Notes: generated by a model from the sequence alone, not told the origin. Numbered from the stretch's first letter, positions 39,701 through 52,074 are shown. The stretch: 64,000 nucleotides of DNA from Heteronotia binoei (GCF_032191835.1 NC_083227.1:55428001-55492000), one strand, 5' to 3'. A program made the numbers and translations.

Positions 39701-41981
39701 TAAGTCATGCAAGTTAGGTGGCATCAAGTCACTTAGAAGTTGTTGCCAGACCTAAAGTTGCCAACCTTCAGATGGGACCTTGAGATCCCCCAGAATTACA
39801 ACTGAATGCCAGACAATAGGGACCTGGCCCTTGGAGAAAATGGCTGCTTTAGGGAGGGTGGGCTCTAAGGCATTTTATCCAGCTGAGGCCTCTCCCTTCC
39901 CCAAACCCTGCCCTCCTCAGCCTCCACCAGAAAATCATTAGGAGTTTCCCAGCCTGGAGCTGGCAACCCTTGTCAGGCCTGGCCCCAAAGGTTCCTTCCT
40001 CAAAGGCAAAAATAGGCCTGGAAAGTACCCTCTTCCCCCTGCCTTTTACTGATAAAATCAAGGTTGGAATACTGTGGTTGCCCAGCAACAACCCCTGAGG
40101 GGATCCATTTTTTAAAGTCACAGGCTCTCCTTATATCATTTTTTAAAACTTCTAGGTTTTTTTTTAAGATTTCACATGTAGAGCCTTTTACAGGTTTATA
40201 GAGAGATCAATCTTGCCCGTTCACAGTGCCAGTCACCAGATTTAAGTATCCAAAGACTTGGTAACTTGGCTTTTAGAATATAAAATGGTGAACCTGTTCT
40301 GAAGTTCTGCAGGAAAGACCAGCATAAATGGTGGGTCTTCATGGCCACCTGCTAGAATGCTAACATGGATAACCCAAGAGGGCTCATTATATTTGCTTAG
40401 CAAGACACTAGGCAATCAAGAGAAGGGGTACTGATTTTGTCTGATTCCTCTCTTATCTCTTGACAGAGAAGTGGAAAAGAAAGGACTAATTTGTTCAGTA
40501 CAGTTAAGAGAAAACACACTTCAGTGTACCCTTTTAAATTCAGATGGTACACTTTGTAACACCCCCACCTCTCAAGAAAACTGGCATTTGTAACAATTGG
40601 GGATAGGAGACTACAAACCTAACCAAGACTCAAACACTAACAAAAATCTTTGAAATAGACACTGATTCTCAAGAATTTTCAAAGTAGCTTTTGCAAAAGT
40701 AAGCTATCTGTGCTGAAGAACACAGACACATAATTGCAATGGGCTAGCTATCAATAGAAATTCTTTTGCATGCGTAATTAACTTAAAGTCAATTTATGAA
40801 CATTTTGGTTATTTAAAACTTCAAAGCTTTAGGAAAGGCATGACCTAAAAATAAGAGCTTTGAAGTTTCTGATGAAAATAGATTCTCACTACCATATACA
40901 ACTGTATAATCAACTGCAGAAAATACTGTAATACATTCAACGCATTTGCAAATAAAACATGATTACATCCGATATGTATTAACCCAAAAAATAAAATGAA
41001 TTACCTCCCCTCACATCAAAACAGTATTTTTATTTTAAGTACCTGAAGGGTAAGATGAACATTTTTGCTCTCATTCTTTTAAAAAAGCCTGAATTTATAA
41101 TTTTACTACATTAAAGTTACACTTACACAAAACACAGAAGTGCTTTTTATATTTATTAGAGAAAAATTTGAACTACCTCCCAGACATACAACAATAGTCA
41201 TTTTTTGCCATATTGCAAATTCTGTATTAAAAATGTCACGCTAATCTGATTTTTTTAAATTGTTGAGGCCAGTAATACTGTCACACCTTTAAGCTCCTAA
41301 CATAAAAATCACAATAGTTGCTATAAATGTCACTCCTGTTGCAGTAGGCAGCTTTTTGCTTGACCAAAAGCAAAGTGTTCTTGTTGGGAATGTGGAAACT
41401 GCAATTAAGGGAAGAGGGGAATTCTAACTTTTCCAAACGTTTTTCTTTTCTGAATTACTGCTAAGAAAAATGAATTAAATTGGTTTGTTCTGATTTTTTA
41501 AAAGGAAAAGAAAAAAGGTTTCTTACTTCTTACTACTAAAATTATGTTCAAATAACCACTGACTGGACTACTGAATTACATTGTAGTGAAAACTGTAGTT
41601 TGATAGTAGGCAGTCCACATTAAACAAAACGATTATGTCAAGGTGCCCACACCTTTACGTATTCAAAAGATTGATAGATAAAAAAAAAATGTTCAAAGAA
41701 TGCTGTATTTCTGCATATGGCTTTCAGTTAATAGCAAATGGATTTGGGCAACATCTTGCTTGGAGCAGAAATAGCTTTGCTTTTTCAGGATGTGAAGAAA
41801 GTTCTTTAACCAGTTATGGAACCCTAAAATAGACCTTAATTTTGGAACCCTAAAATGAGCCTTAATTTTTATCGCAGGTACAGATCACCTTTTTCCACAG
41901 AGATTTCTATACCACTGCTTGAGGTAGCTTACGATTAAAATAATACGTGCATGATTTAACACAACAAGCTATTGGGGAGAA

Positions 41982-43751
41982 CAGGGCTGGCACCAGGATT
42001 TCTGTCACCCTATGCCCCCGCCCCCCTCCCACACCTGAAGTGGTGAGAGCAAGCTTGGCAGCGGCAAGTAGTGTGGCACCAAGCGCCTCCAAGTGCACCC
42101 GCTGCCTCCATTCTGTGAAGAAAATACCCCTATTTCCAGAACATCGTAGTCACCCACTGGGTTGCCAGGGTGTCTGGAGACTCAACTCACACACATCTGC
42201 CAAGAGAACGTGGGTTTTGTCTATCAAACTGGAAGGGACTTATGAGTACTAACAGCCACACCATTACAGCAGCACTCCATGCCCCAAGAAGAGTGCTAGC
42301 CAGGAGAACAGATGGTTTCCAGTTGCTCCATGTGAACTCCATCTCGGCCATAGGAGCGGAAGAAATTGTGCAGCCAGGAACTGCCCAGGCAAGAGGTTTT
42401 CAGCCTTGACCATAGAATCCACTTTGGGAGGCTAACACCACAAGCAACTATCTTCCTGCCATACCAGACTCCATTACATCGAAGTGGGAGGCCCACGTAC
42501 TCAACGGATGTCACCTATGTATAAGAACCATCAAGCTTATCTTAGGCGTGGACCCTGCCAGACCGCCTAAGCCTTTGTCCAACGGAACTCAAGACAAAGA
42601 CTAGTGCCAATAGAAGATCGAAGAGGAGGAAGAACATCTTCACCCAGAGCCAAGTTCCATTGTATAGACCGGGTGTTACCTAGGTAGCAATCTGGCCATC
42701 TATTGTCACCTTTTTAGATAAGTTCGATAGACTTAAGTACCCCCCACCTTTTTTCATTCTTTCTCTTAGCGGTCATCCTTGAGCCACCCAACCTGGCCCA
42801 TTGTTACCTGGAAGTCCAATTAGGTAACCAGGGTCCAGGGTCCAAGCTTGTTCATTGGTCAGTTATGGGCACCCAATTAGGTGCCACTAATTAACTTGCT
42901 ATTGGCTACTGCGGAAGTCCAGCCTTTATGGTCACTGCAGAGCCTCCCCTTTTTCCACCCCTGTACCTCCCATCCCCTGAGGGCTCAAGGTAGTCCTTAT
43001 AACCTGTGACCCAGCTCCTCACAGGTGTGCATCTAGCAGTACTCCAGTTCCGCTGTCTAGATCCATCCCCGATTCCTGATCAGTTGAGGGTCCTATTTCC
43101 CCATTCCTCGCTTGTCACCATTGGAGCCTTCCTTGAAGACTACGATCGGTAATTATCACCCTGTTTGTCTATCCATGTGTTGTCTCTATATATCTCTCTA
43201 TTTTTCCTAGGACTGTATGTATGTTTCATGAGCACATTGCCTTGTATGTGAATTCTATATTTTTCTGGAATAAATTTTAATTGTTTTACTTAGAGTCCTT
43301 GGTAAATTTAAGCATTAATTTCTGGACATGTATCTTGTATTCATAGGTAAAAAGATCCTGATTAAGCCAGGTGCCCACCTGACAATTCCCCAACCTCGTT
43401 TTGAGGGCATTTTGGCTTACAATTCAGCCTTCCTGGGTCTGAGCTTCCACTGGAAGCACAGATCTGGGAAGGTTGAGTGGGGTTGGTGGGGCAGCGCATG
43501 CACTCACAGCCTACCTCCAAGTGCACCCACTGCCATGCCATCCCACTGCCCCCAATGCCCCTTCCCCACCCACAGGTAGGCAGCAAAGTGGAGGAGGGTG
43601 GTGGAGGGCAAGCACGGTGGCAGCAGGGAAGGGGGACGGGGGTGGCAGGGCAAGCACACAGAAGAGGGAGGGGGCACCCACCAGCCAACCCTGAGGCCAG
43701 GTAGCACCCTAAGCAGCCACCTACCAGGCCTACTGGGACATGCTGGCCCTG
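41982..43751. mobile_element. hAT-type GC-rich non-autonomous element hosting solo LTR copy B
   Basis: CAGGGC...GCCCTG termini; 8-bp flanks GGGGAGAA / GGAGAGAA. Confidence 0.65.
42114..43421 (+). mobile_element. Long solo LTR (1308 bp), copy B
   Basis: TGTGAAG...GGCTTACA; perfect 4-bp TSD ATTC; TTATAA (42997-43002), AATAAA (43269-43274); diverged homologue of copy A. Confidence 0.88.
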
Positions 43752-45109
43752 GGAGAGAAACAGCATAAAACTATCCATAAAATGGACCATAGAACACAGC
43801 AAACCATTTTTAAAAAGCAAAAATGAATTTTAATTAAATGCCTGGGCAAACAGATATATTTTGGACAAGCACCTAAAGAACAGTAGGGTAGATGGCTTTC
43901 AAGGGAAATGGTGCCTCAAAATCAGGGTGCCTTTCCTGAACTCTGTAGGCCAGCCCAGTCAGGCCTCCTCTGGAGCAGCATCCTCAGCCCCACCCTCCCA
44001 CTGTAACCCAATGATTGCGACAAAATGCTGCTCCTGGAGATACAGAACCCTGAGCCATGACATGAAGGGAGTCTACAGAATAAAATGAGAACTGGTGAAA
44101 ACTGTCAATTTGGTGTGGATCCCACTGAACTTCCATTTTGCCACACATGCAGACAACTCAAATTACAACCATAATGTTGCATTTGCAAATTTCATTAGCT
44201 TCAATGCAGCTTTTAGTAGTCATGCATGTAACATCCAAGGAGAGGCAGCTGCACAAGGAAATCTCAAGTTTCACCATTTTGCAAAATGCTAACTTATCCT
44301 TCCTTCAAATTAAATATGCTAAGTATTGAAGGCTAATAGTAGTAAGGTATGATAAAAATTTGGGGGATTGGTTTCAATTCTCACATTGCAAAAATCATAT
44401 TCTACTATTTTATCTCTGCTACTAATCTAACATGCTGGGGAAATCACAAACTGGAAAGACACTGAACTAAGATCAAGCACATCTCAGAGCATCCATACAG
44501 ACAGCAATAATAAGCAATATCATCGGCTTGTCGTGATCAAAGAGACCGACCTTAAAGCAGATTTCCACCAGCACTTCAGATCAAACATTCTAAGCAAACA
44601 GAAGGTCCATTTTAAAAATCTTCTTCAAAACAAAGCAATATTTGATTTCTCTCTTCCTGGAAAACACAAGTCAGTCCTCAGCCATTTGAACCTATTTAGC
44701 CACGTCCTAACATTTACTATATGGCAAGAGCAAAAGCAGTTAAGTAGAAGGAACAGTAAAGAACAATCTTTCATCAGAACTCAGCAGTTCTTGAAGGAGA
44801 CCCCGTTTGCTGACAATATCAAATCAAGCTGTAGTAATAGAGGTCATCACCAAAGCAAATACCAGCCTATCCAGCCACTCGCAAAAAGCAGAGTGGTAAT
44901 GAACAAAATCTGCGAGGACATTTGGCGGCTGGTGGGGGAGTTTATCATCAAGGAGACTGAGCTCTGCAAATCTGTGGGGTAAAGGATAATAATTTTGGAG
45001 AGCAAGTTAGGAAGTGATGAGCTATCAACCTCATACTAACTTTAATTCTAGACAATTTAATGTAATTCTAGACAAGGAATTTGACTCCATTTTAAATTCA
45101 TTCCTCTAT

Positions 45110-45597
45110 CGGAATGCCCCTGTATAAATCGATGGTGTGATCTCATATGGAGTACTGTGTGCAGTTCTGGTCGCCGCACCTCAAAAAGGATATTATAGCA
45201 TTGGAGAAAGTCCAGAAAAGGGCAACTAGAATGATTAAAGGGCTGGAACACTTCCCCTATGAAGAAAGGTTGAAACGCTTGGGATTCTTTAGCTTGGAGA
45301 AACGTTGACTGCAGGGTGACATAATAGAGGTTTACAAGATAATATATGGGATGGAGAAAGTAGAGAAAGAAGTACTTTTCTCCCTTTCTCACAATACAAG
45401 AACTCGTGGGCATTCGATGAAATTGCTGAGCAGACAGGTTAAAATGGATAAAAGGAGGTACTTCTTCACCCAAAGGATGATTAACATGTGGAATTCACTG
45501 CCACAGGAGGTGGTGGCGGCCACAAGCATAGCCACCTTCAAGAGGGGTTTAGATAAAAATATGGAGCAGAGGTCCATCAGTGGCTATTAGCCACAGC

Positions 45598-45634
<37 letters not shown>

Positions 45635-45720
45635 AAAAAAATTTGCCACTGTGTGACACAGAGTGTTGGACTGGATGGGCCATTGGCCTGATCTAACATG
45701 GCTTCTCTTATGTTCTTATG
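45110..45720 (+). mobile_element. CR1 LINE 3' fragment
   Basis: [15 protein letters not shown]...TRTRGHSMKL...MWNSLPQEVV; 3' UTR with (GT)n(AT)n microsatellite at ~45597-45633; CTTATGTTCTTATG end. Confidence 0.92.
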
Positions 45721-46979
45721 GAATATATACTCAAGAGCCAGTCTGGTGTAGACTCTAAAACGGGGTTTGATTCCCCACTCCTCCACCTAAAGCCAGCTGG
45801 GTGACCTTGGGCCATTCGCAGTTCTCTCAGAACTCTCTCAGCCGTACCTACCACACATGTTGTTGGAACCAATAGTCCATAAAATGAAGAAAACTATACT
45901 GTTCCTAAATGGAAATGCACTGGATAGTATTCAACCCACTGTGACTCTCACATTATGTAATCCCAGATGTGCCTTCAAAAACTGACCACTGTACATAAAA
46001 GGAAAATAAGAGACACAGCCAATTTTCAGGATTCTTTACTTGAAACATAATATCTTGTTCAACCTGTTAAAAATTAACACTCATCCAAACAAAAATAAAC
46101 TAGCATAAAACAATAACATTATTTAAACAGGAATTATTTGTTAAGCCCTGTATCATAAAGGATCAGTAAACAGATCTAAAGGCATACAAATGCATTAAAA
46201 CTAGAAAGTGGGAAAAGACAGAATGGCAGTAACTGGGGCAAAGAGAATGGGGAAGAAATACCTGCAGTCTAAAGCTTAGTAAGCTTGGCAAACCATTGTG
46301 GCAAAGGGATTCCAGGCAACAGAAAATGCCCCATCTCTAGTCATCAACCAGCTTATTCTGAAGATGGAAGAATACAGAGCAGGGACTTTTGAAGAGCTTC
46401 CTCTCTCCACCACTGAAGCTTGCAAGGTGAAGTTGGGCCAATCACACACACACACACACTCAAAGCTGCCTCAAAGGGACATCGTAAGAATAAAACGGAA
46501 CCAGGTGAATCATCTATACCCCTCTATGCTTTCTGCACCAGATAAGCCACTAGATAATTTTTATCTGCCAAAGAGACTCCTTATACATACCAGCTGTCAT
46601 CTCAGAGAAGTGTACGTTCAAGAAATACCTAGTGTCCATTCCAACATCTCAATGCTTAATGCAACAAGATGAACAACTTACTACACAATGTCACATAGCC
46701 AAGTCAAAGGCCTCACTTGCCTCAGCCAATGAAAGATTCCTGGAGTGATTTGTGCCCCTTAAAATGCATAAAGATGGCAAAAAATTAAGGTCATAGGATA
46801 AAAGTTTGGATTAAGACTGCAGAGCCCCAAGTTCAAACCCTTCTCTGCCACCAGACTCACTAGATGTCCTTGGGCCTTTGTTCTTATTGGACCATGCTCA
46901 GAGCAACAAGAGACCTTAATCATCTCACTTAAGTATGCAGATTTTGCACACTCATCTCAGGACAAGCCCGTCAACTCAC

Positions 46980-47003
46980 CCATTCACCAGAAGCAGGGTG
47001 CAA
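46980..47003 (-). other. Candidate 24-nt microexon
   Basis: CTCTCTCTTTCTCTTTCAG acceptor; TGG|GTGAGT consensus donor; length divisible by 3 (LHPASGEW or xCTLLLVNG). Confidence 0.45.
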
Positions 47004-48139
47004 CTGAAAGAGAAAGAGAGAGGCTGCTATCCACTCCTGCACAACAGTTGCATGGATTGGCCCTCTGGGTGACACAAACTGTAATCTCTAACCATTTTTC
47101 ACCTTCCCCAGTTATTACCGTCATCAACTTGCTTATCAGTTCTGAATTACTCAATGCGCACGGCATTCGAATGGTGCTTTTATTTAAGCGACAGAAAGTG
47201 ATACTTGGAGAAGCAACCATTCATTTTCAGAGAAACATACTCTTTCATTTACAGTTCAGTCATAAAAGCCTAATTCAATTTAGGACAAAGCGGGATATCA
47301 TTTAAGGTCCATTGAGTCCTGAAGGTCAGTATTCCTTCCAGTACACACTCTTAAGAAGAAAGCCTAGGCTTTATTAGCTTAAACTGCTTGGACGCTTTAT
47401 ATAAAAAAGTCACGCATTCGTTCTGCCAAGCAAAAGGAAGACACACACATACCCTGTTATGCTTGTGCAGCTTTACTTAGCTGATAAGAGCACAAAAGCA
47501 GAAACTTTGGACCTTCACTTATACACAGGAATGCTTCTCACCTAATTACTCTTTCTGCCACCCAAAAAAACAAACAGAAGAAGTTGAATAAAAGAGTACT
47601 AAAGAGAGAAGGAAAACTTTAACTGACAGTTTCCTCTATACAATACAGATTGTATAGGTGAAAATAAGTAAAACCCAGAGCAGTTTCCCTGTCAATCTAT
47701 TATGATTCTATTTTGTTCTTCTTCTAAGACAATGTATTTTTCTCTTTCATTTAATCACCACAACAACCCTGTGAAGAAAGTTTCTTTATTACTTATTTTC
47801 AGGAGTCATTTTGCTGGGGAAAAAAGGTGCAGGAGCTCATTTGCATATGCTCCAGGATCTGTGTGCAGCAGGGAGAGAACTCCCCACTGCATGCAGACCC
47901 TGACAGGAGGTTCAGGAGCTGTGCTCCTGTGAGATCCTGCTGAATTCAAGCCCTGCTTATTTTACAAAATGAAGACCTCTCTGCCCTTGTAAGCGCCACC
48001 AAGGCACCCAACAAATTAAAAACATATATAATAAAATCACCTCTTAAAAACCAAACCAACAGAAAACACATCATTAAAACAACTAAAACCCAAGCTTAAA
48101 ACATATAATAAAAATCACCTTTTAAAAACCAAACTAAGA

Positions 48140-48510
48140 GAAAACCCAACATTAAAACAAAACAAACGCATAAGACAATAAAACACTGGGCAGGAAGGAG
48201 GGATCATTGAGGGAACAATGCACAAAACAAAGAAGTCTTCATCCACAAGCAGAAGATAGGGGACAGACAGGTATCCTTAGGGAGAGAGTTCCAGAGTTGT
48301 GGTGCCATGACCAAGAACACCCTCTTTCGTGTTGCCAGCCAGCTAATCTCACAAAGCAGGGCACCTGAAGCAGCAGCTCTGAAGATGACCATGTAGGTTC
48401 AGAAAGGAATAGGTGATCCTTCAGGTAGGTTATTTCCAACCCACCGAGGACTTTAAAGGTCAACACCAGCATCTTGAACTGTGCCCAGAAACAGGCTGGC
48501 AGCCACTGTG
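48140..48510 (-). mobile_element. L2-clade LINE 3' fragment
   Basis: WLPACFWAQFKMLVLTFKVLGGL and VMAPQLWNSLP on minus. Confidence 0.8.
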
Positions 48511-49981
48511 AATTTGCCTCCATCTTCACTGTGGAAAATGAGAAGTATTTGCCCGCTCCAGAACCACTAATTTTGGAAGGGGTGTTGAAAGACCTGAGTC
48601 AGATTCAGGTGACATGAGAGGAGGTCCTACAACTGATTGACAAATTAAAAACTAATGTGTCACCAGGTCCAGATGGCATACATCCAAAAGTTCTGAAAGA
48701 ACTCAAAGGTGAACTTGTGGATCTCCTGACAAAAATATGTAATCTTTCACTGAAATCTGCCTCTGTTCCTGAGGACTGGAAGGTAGCAAATGTTACCCCC
48801 ATCTTTAAAAAGGGTTCCAGATGAGATCCGGAAAATTACAGGCCAGTCAGTCTGACTTCAACACTGGGAAAGTTGGTAGAAACCATTATCAAGGACAGAA
48901 TGAGTAGGCACATTGATGAACATAAGTTATTGAGGAAGACTCAGCATGGCTTCTGTAAGGGAAGATCTTGCCTCACTAACCTGTTACAATTCTCTGAGGG
49001 GGTGAAAAAACATGTGGACAAAGGGGACCCAATAGATATTGTTTACCTTGACTTCCAGAAAGCTTTTGATAAAGTTCCTCATCAAAGGCTCCTTAGTAAG
49101 CTCAAAGGTCATGGAGTAAAAGGACAGGTCCTCTTGGGGATCAAAAACTGGCTAATTAATAGGAAACAGGGAGTGAGTATAAATGGGCAATCTTCGCAGT
49201 GGAAGATGGTAAGCAGTGAGGTGCCGCAGGGCTCAGTACTGGATCCCATGCTCTTTAACTTGTTCATTAATGATTTGGAGTTGGAAGTAAGCAGTGATGT
49301 GGCCAAGTTTGCAAATGACACTAAATTGTTCAGGGTAGTGAGAACCAGAGAGGATTGTGAGGTACTCCAAAGGGATCTGTTGAGGCTGGGTGAGTGGGTG
49401 TCAACGTGGCAGATGAGGTTCAATGTGGCGAAGTGCAAAGTAATGCACATTGGGGCCAAGAATCTCAGCTACAAATACAAGCTGATGGGGTGTAAACTAG
49501 CAGAGACTGACCAAGAGAGTGATCTTGGGGTCGTGGTAGATAACTCACTGAAAATGTCAAGACAGTGTGTGATTGCAAAAAAAAAGGACAACGCCATGCT
49601 GGGAATTATCAGGAAGGGAACTGAAAACAAATCAGCCAGTATCATAATGCCCCTGTATAAAATGATGGTGCAGTGTCATTTGGAGCACTGTGTACAATTC
49701 TGGTCACCGCACCTCAAAAAGGATATGGGTGAGTGGGCGTCAACGTGGCAGATGAGGTTCAATGTGGCCAAGTGCAAAGTAATGCACATTGGGGCCAAGA
49801 ATCTCAGCTACAAATACAAACTGATGGGGTGTAAACTAGCAGAGACTGACCAAGAGAGTGATCTTGGGGTTGTGGTAGATAACTCACTGAAAATGTCAAG
49901 ACAGTGTGCGATTGCAATAAAAAAGGCCAACGCCACGCTGGGAATTAGGAAGGGAATTGAAAACAAATCAGCCAGTATCAT

Positions 49982-50252
49982 GGAGAGCCAGTTTGGTGTA
50001 GTGGTTAAGTGTGCGGACTCTTATCTGGGAGAGCCAGGTTTGATTCCCCACTTGCACCTGCTAGCATGGCCTTGGGTCAGCCTTATCTCTGATAGGAGTT
50101 GTCCTTGAAAGGGCAGCTGCTGTGAGAGCCCTCTCCAGCCCCACCCACCTCACAGGGTGTCTGTTGCGGGGGAGGAAGGTAAAGAAGATTGTGAGCCGCT
50201 CTGAGACTCTTCGGAGTGGAGGGCGGGATGTAAATCCAATATCTTCATCTTC
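49982..50252 (+). mobile_element. tRNA-head SINE (Squam3-like) inserted in CR1
   Basis: Family match; TATCAT duplicated on both sides. Confidence 0.87.
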
Positions 50253-50310
50253 TATCATAATGCCCCAGTATAAAATGATGGTGCAGTCTCATTTGGATCA
50301 CTGTGTACAA

Positions 50311-50600
50311 GAAGAAGATGAAGATAGAAGAAGATATTGGATTTATATCCCGCCCTCCACTCCGAAGAGTCTCAGAGCGGCTCACAATCTCCTTTACCTT
50401 CCTCCCCCACAACAGACACCCTGTGAGGTGGGTGGGGCTGGAGAGGGCTCTCACAGCAGCTGCCCTTTTCAAGGACAACCTCTGCCAGAGCTATGGCTGA
50501 CCCAAGGCCATTTCAGCAGGTGCAAGTGGAGGAGTGGGGAATCAAACCCGGTTCTCCCAGATAAGAGTCCGCACACTTAACCACTACACCAAACTGGCTC
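50311..50600 (-). mobile_element. tRNA-head SINE (Squam3-like) inserted in CR1, inverted relative to the neighbouring copy
   Basis: Reverse-complement family match; TACAA duplicated on both sides. Confidence 0.87.
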
Positions 50601-50744
50601 TACAATAGGGTGGCCAGACCGTCCCGGGCGCCCGGGAATGTCCCGGTTCTGGCCCCCTATTCCCGCCTCCCGGGCTGGCTATACCGGGACCATTTAGAGG
50701 TCCCGGTTTAGCCAGCCCCGGAGGCGGTGGGCCGCGGGCGCCGG

Positions 50745-51360
50745 CGGCGGAGGCCTCTCCACGGCCTCCGCTGGTCGCTGGAAGCCCTCCAGAGACTCTG
50801 GAGGGCCTCCAGCGACCAGCGGAGGCCGCGGAGAGGCCACGGAGCAGCCGGCGCTGGTCCCGGGAGGCCTTCCAGAGACTCTGGAGGGCCTCCAGCGACC
50901 AGTGCCGACCAGTGAAGGCCTCTCCGCGGCCTCCGCTGGTCGCTGGAGGCCCTCCAGAGACTCTGGAGGGCCTCCAGCGACCAGCGGAGGCCGCAGAGAG
51001 GCCGCGAAGCAGCCGGCGCTGGTCCCTGGAGGCCTCCAGAGGCCAGCGCCGGCAGTGGAGAGGCCCCCGCGGGTCCCTGGAGGCCCTCCAGAGGCCCGCA
51101 GAGGCCGCGGAGAGGCCGGCGCTGGTCCCTGGAGGCCTCCAGAGGCCAGCGCCGGCAGTGGAGAGGCCCCCGCGGGTCCCTGGAGGGCCTCCAGAGGCCC
51201 GCGGAGGCCGCGGAGAGGCCGGCGCTGGTCCCTGGAGGCCTCCAGAGGCCAGCGCCGGAAGCGGAGAGGCCGCCGCTGGTCCCTGGAGGGCCTCCAGAGG
51301 CCAGCGGAGGCCGCGGAGAGGCCAGCGCTGGTCCCTGGAGGCCCTCCAGAGACCAGCGCC
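50745..51360. repeat. GC-rich minisatellite of self-complementary units
   Basis: Reiterated CCAGCGGAGGCCGCGGAGAGGCC / GCTGGTCCCTGGAGGCCTCCAGAGG modules in both orientations. Confidence 0.9.
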
Positions 51361-51458
51361 GACCTCTCCGCCGCCTTCCCGGCCTCCGCAGCCGCCGCCA
51401 GCCCTGCCAGCAGCCCGGAGGAGAGGCCGCCACCGCCCTGGATCAAGGTAAGCCAAAA

Positions 51459-51528
51459 GCGGGGGGGGCGGCTGGCAGGGGGGGGGCGGCTGGCAGGGGG
51501 GGGCGGCTGGCGGGGGGGCGGCTGGCAG
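51459..51528 (+). repeat. G-run tandem repeat (GGGGGGGCGGCTGGCA)n running into the gap
   Basis: About four 15-16 nt units, each with a G7-G8 run. Confidence 0.9.
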
Positions 51529-52074
51529 NNNNNNNNNNNNNNNNNNNNNNNNNNNNNNNNNNNNNNNNNNNNNNNNNNNNNNNNNNNNNNNNNNNNNNNN
51601 NNNNNNNNNNNNNNNNNNNNNNNNNNNNNNNNNNNNNNNNNNNNNNNNNNNNNNNNNNNNNNNNNNNNNNNNNNNNNNNNNNNNNNNNNNNNNNNNNNNN
51701 NNNNNNNNNNNNNNNNNNNNNNNNNNNNNNNNNNNNNNNNNNNNNNNNNNNNNNNNNNNNNNNNNNNNNNNNNNNNNNNNNNNNNNNNNNNNNNNNNNNN
51801 NNNNNNNNNNNNNNNNNNNNNNNNNNNNNNNNNNNNNNNNNNNNNNNNNNNNNNNNNNNNNNNNNNNNNNNNNNNNNNNNNNNNNNNNNNNNNNNNNNNN
51901 NNNNNNNNNNNNNNNNNNNNNNNNNNNNNNNNNNNNNNNNNNNNNNNNNNNNNNNNNNNNNNNNNNNNNNNNNNNNNNNNNNNNNNNNNNNNNNNNNNNN
52001 NNNNNNNNNNNNNNNNNNNNNNNNNNNNNNNNNNNNNNNNNNNNNNNNNNNNNNNNNNNNNNNNNNNNNNNNNN

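Noticed and set aside
40999-41045. Minus-strand ~38-nt segment with good acceptor and donor
   Set aside because: Stops in all three frames; could be a UTR exon but there is no further support.
48873-50108. 411-aa ORF as a functional reverse transcriptase gene
   Set aside because: 5'-truncated CR1 with the catalytic FADD changed to FAND, an internal duplication and read-through into a SINE.
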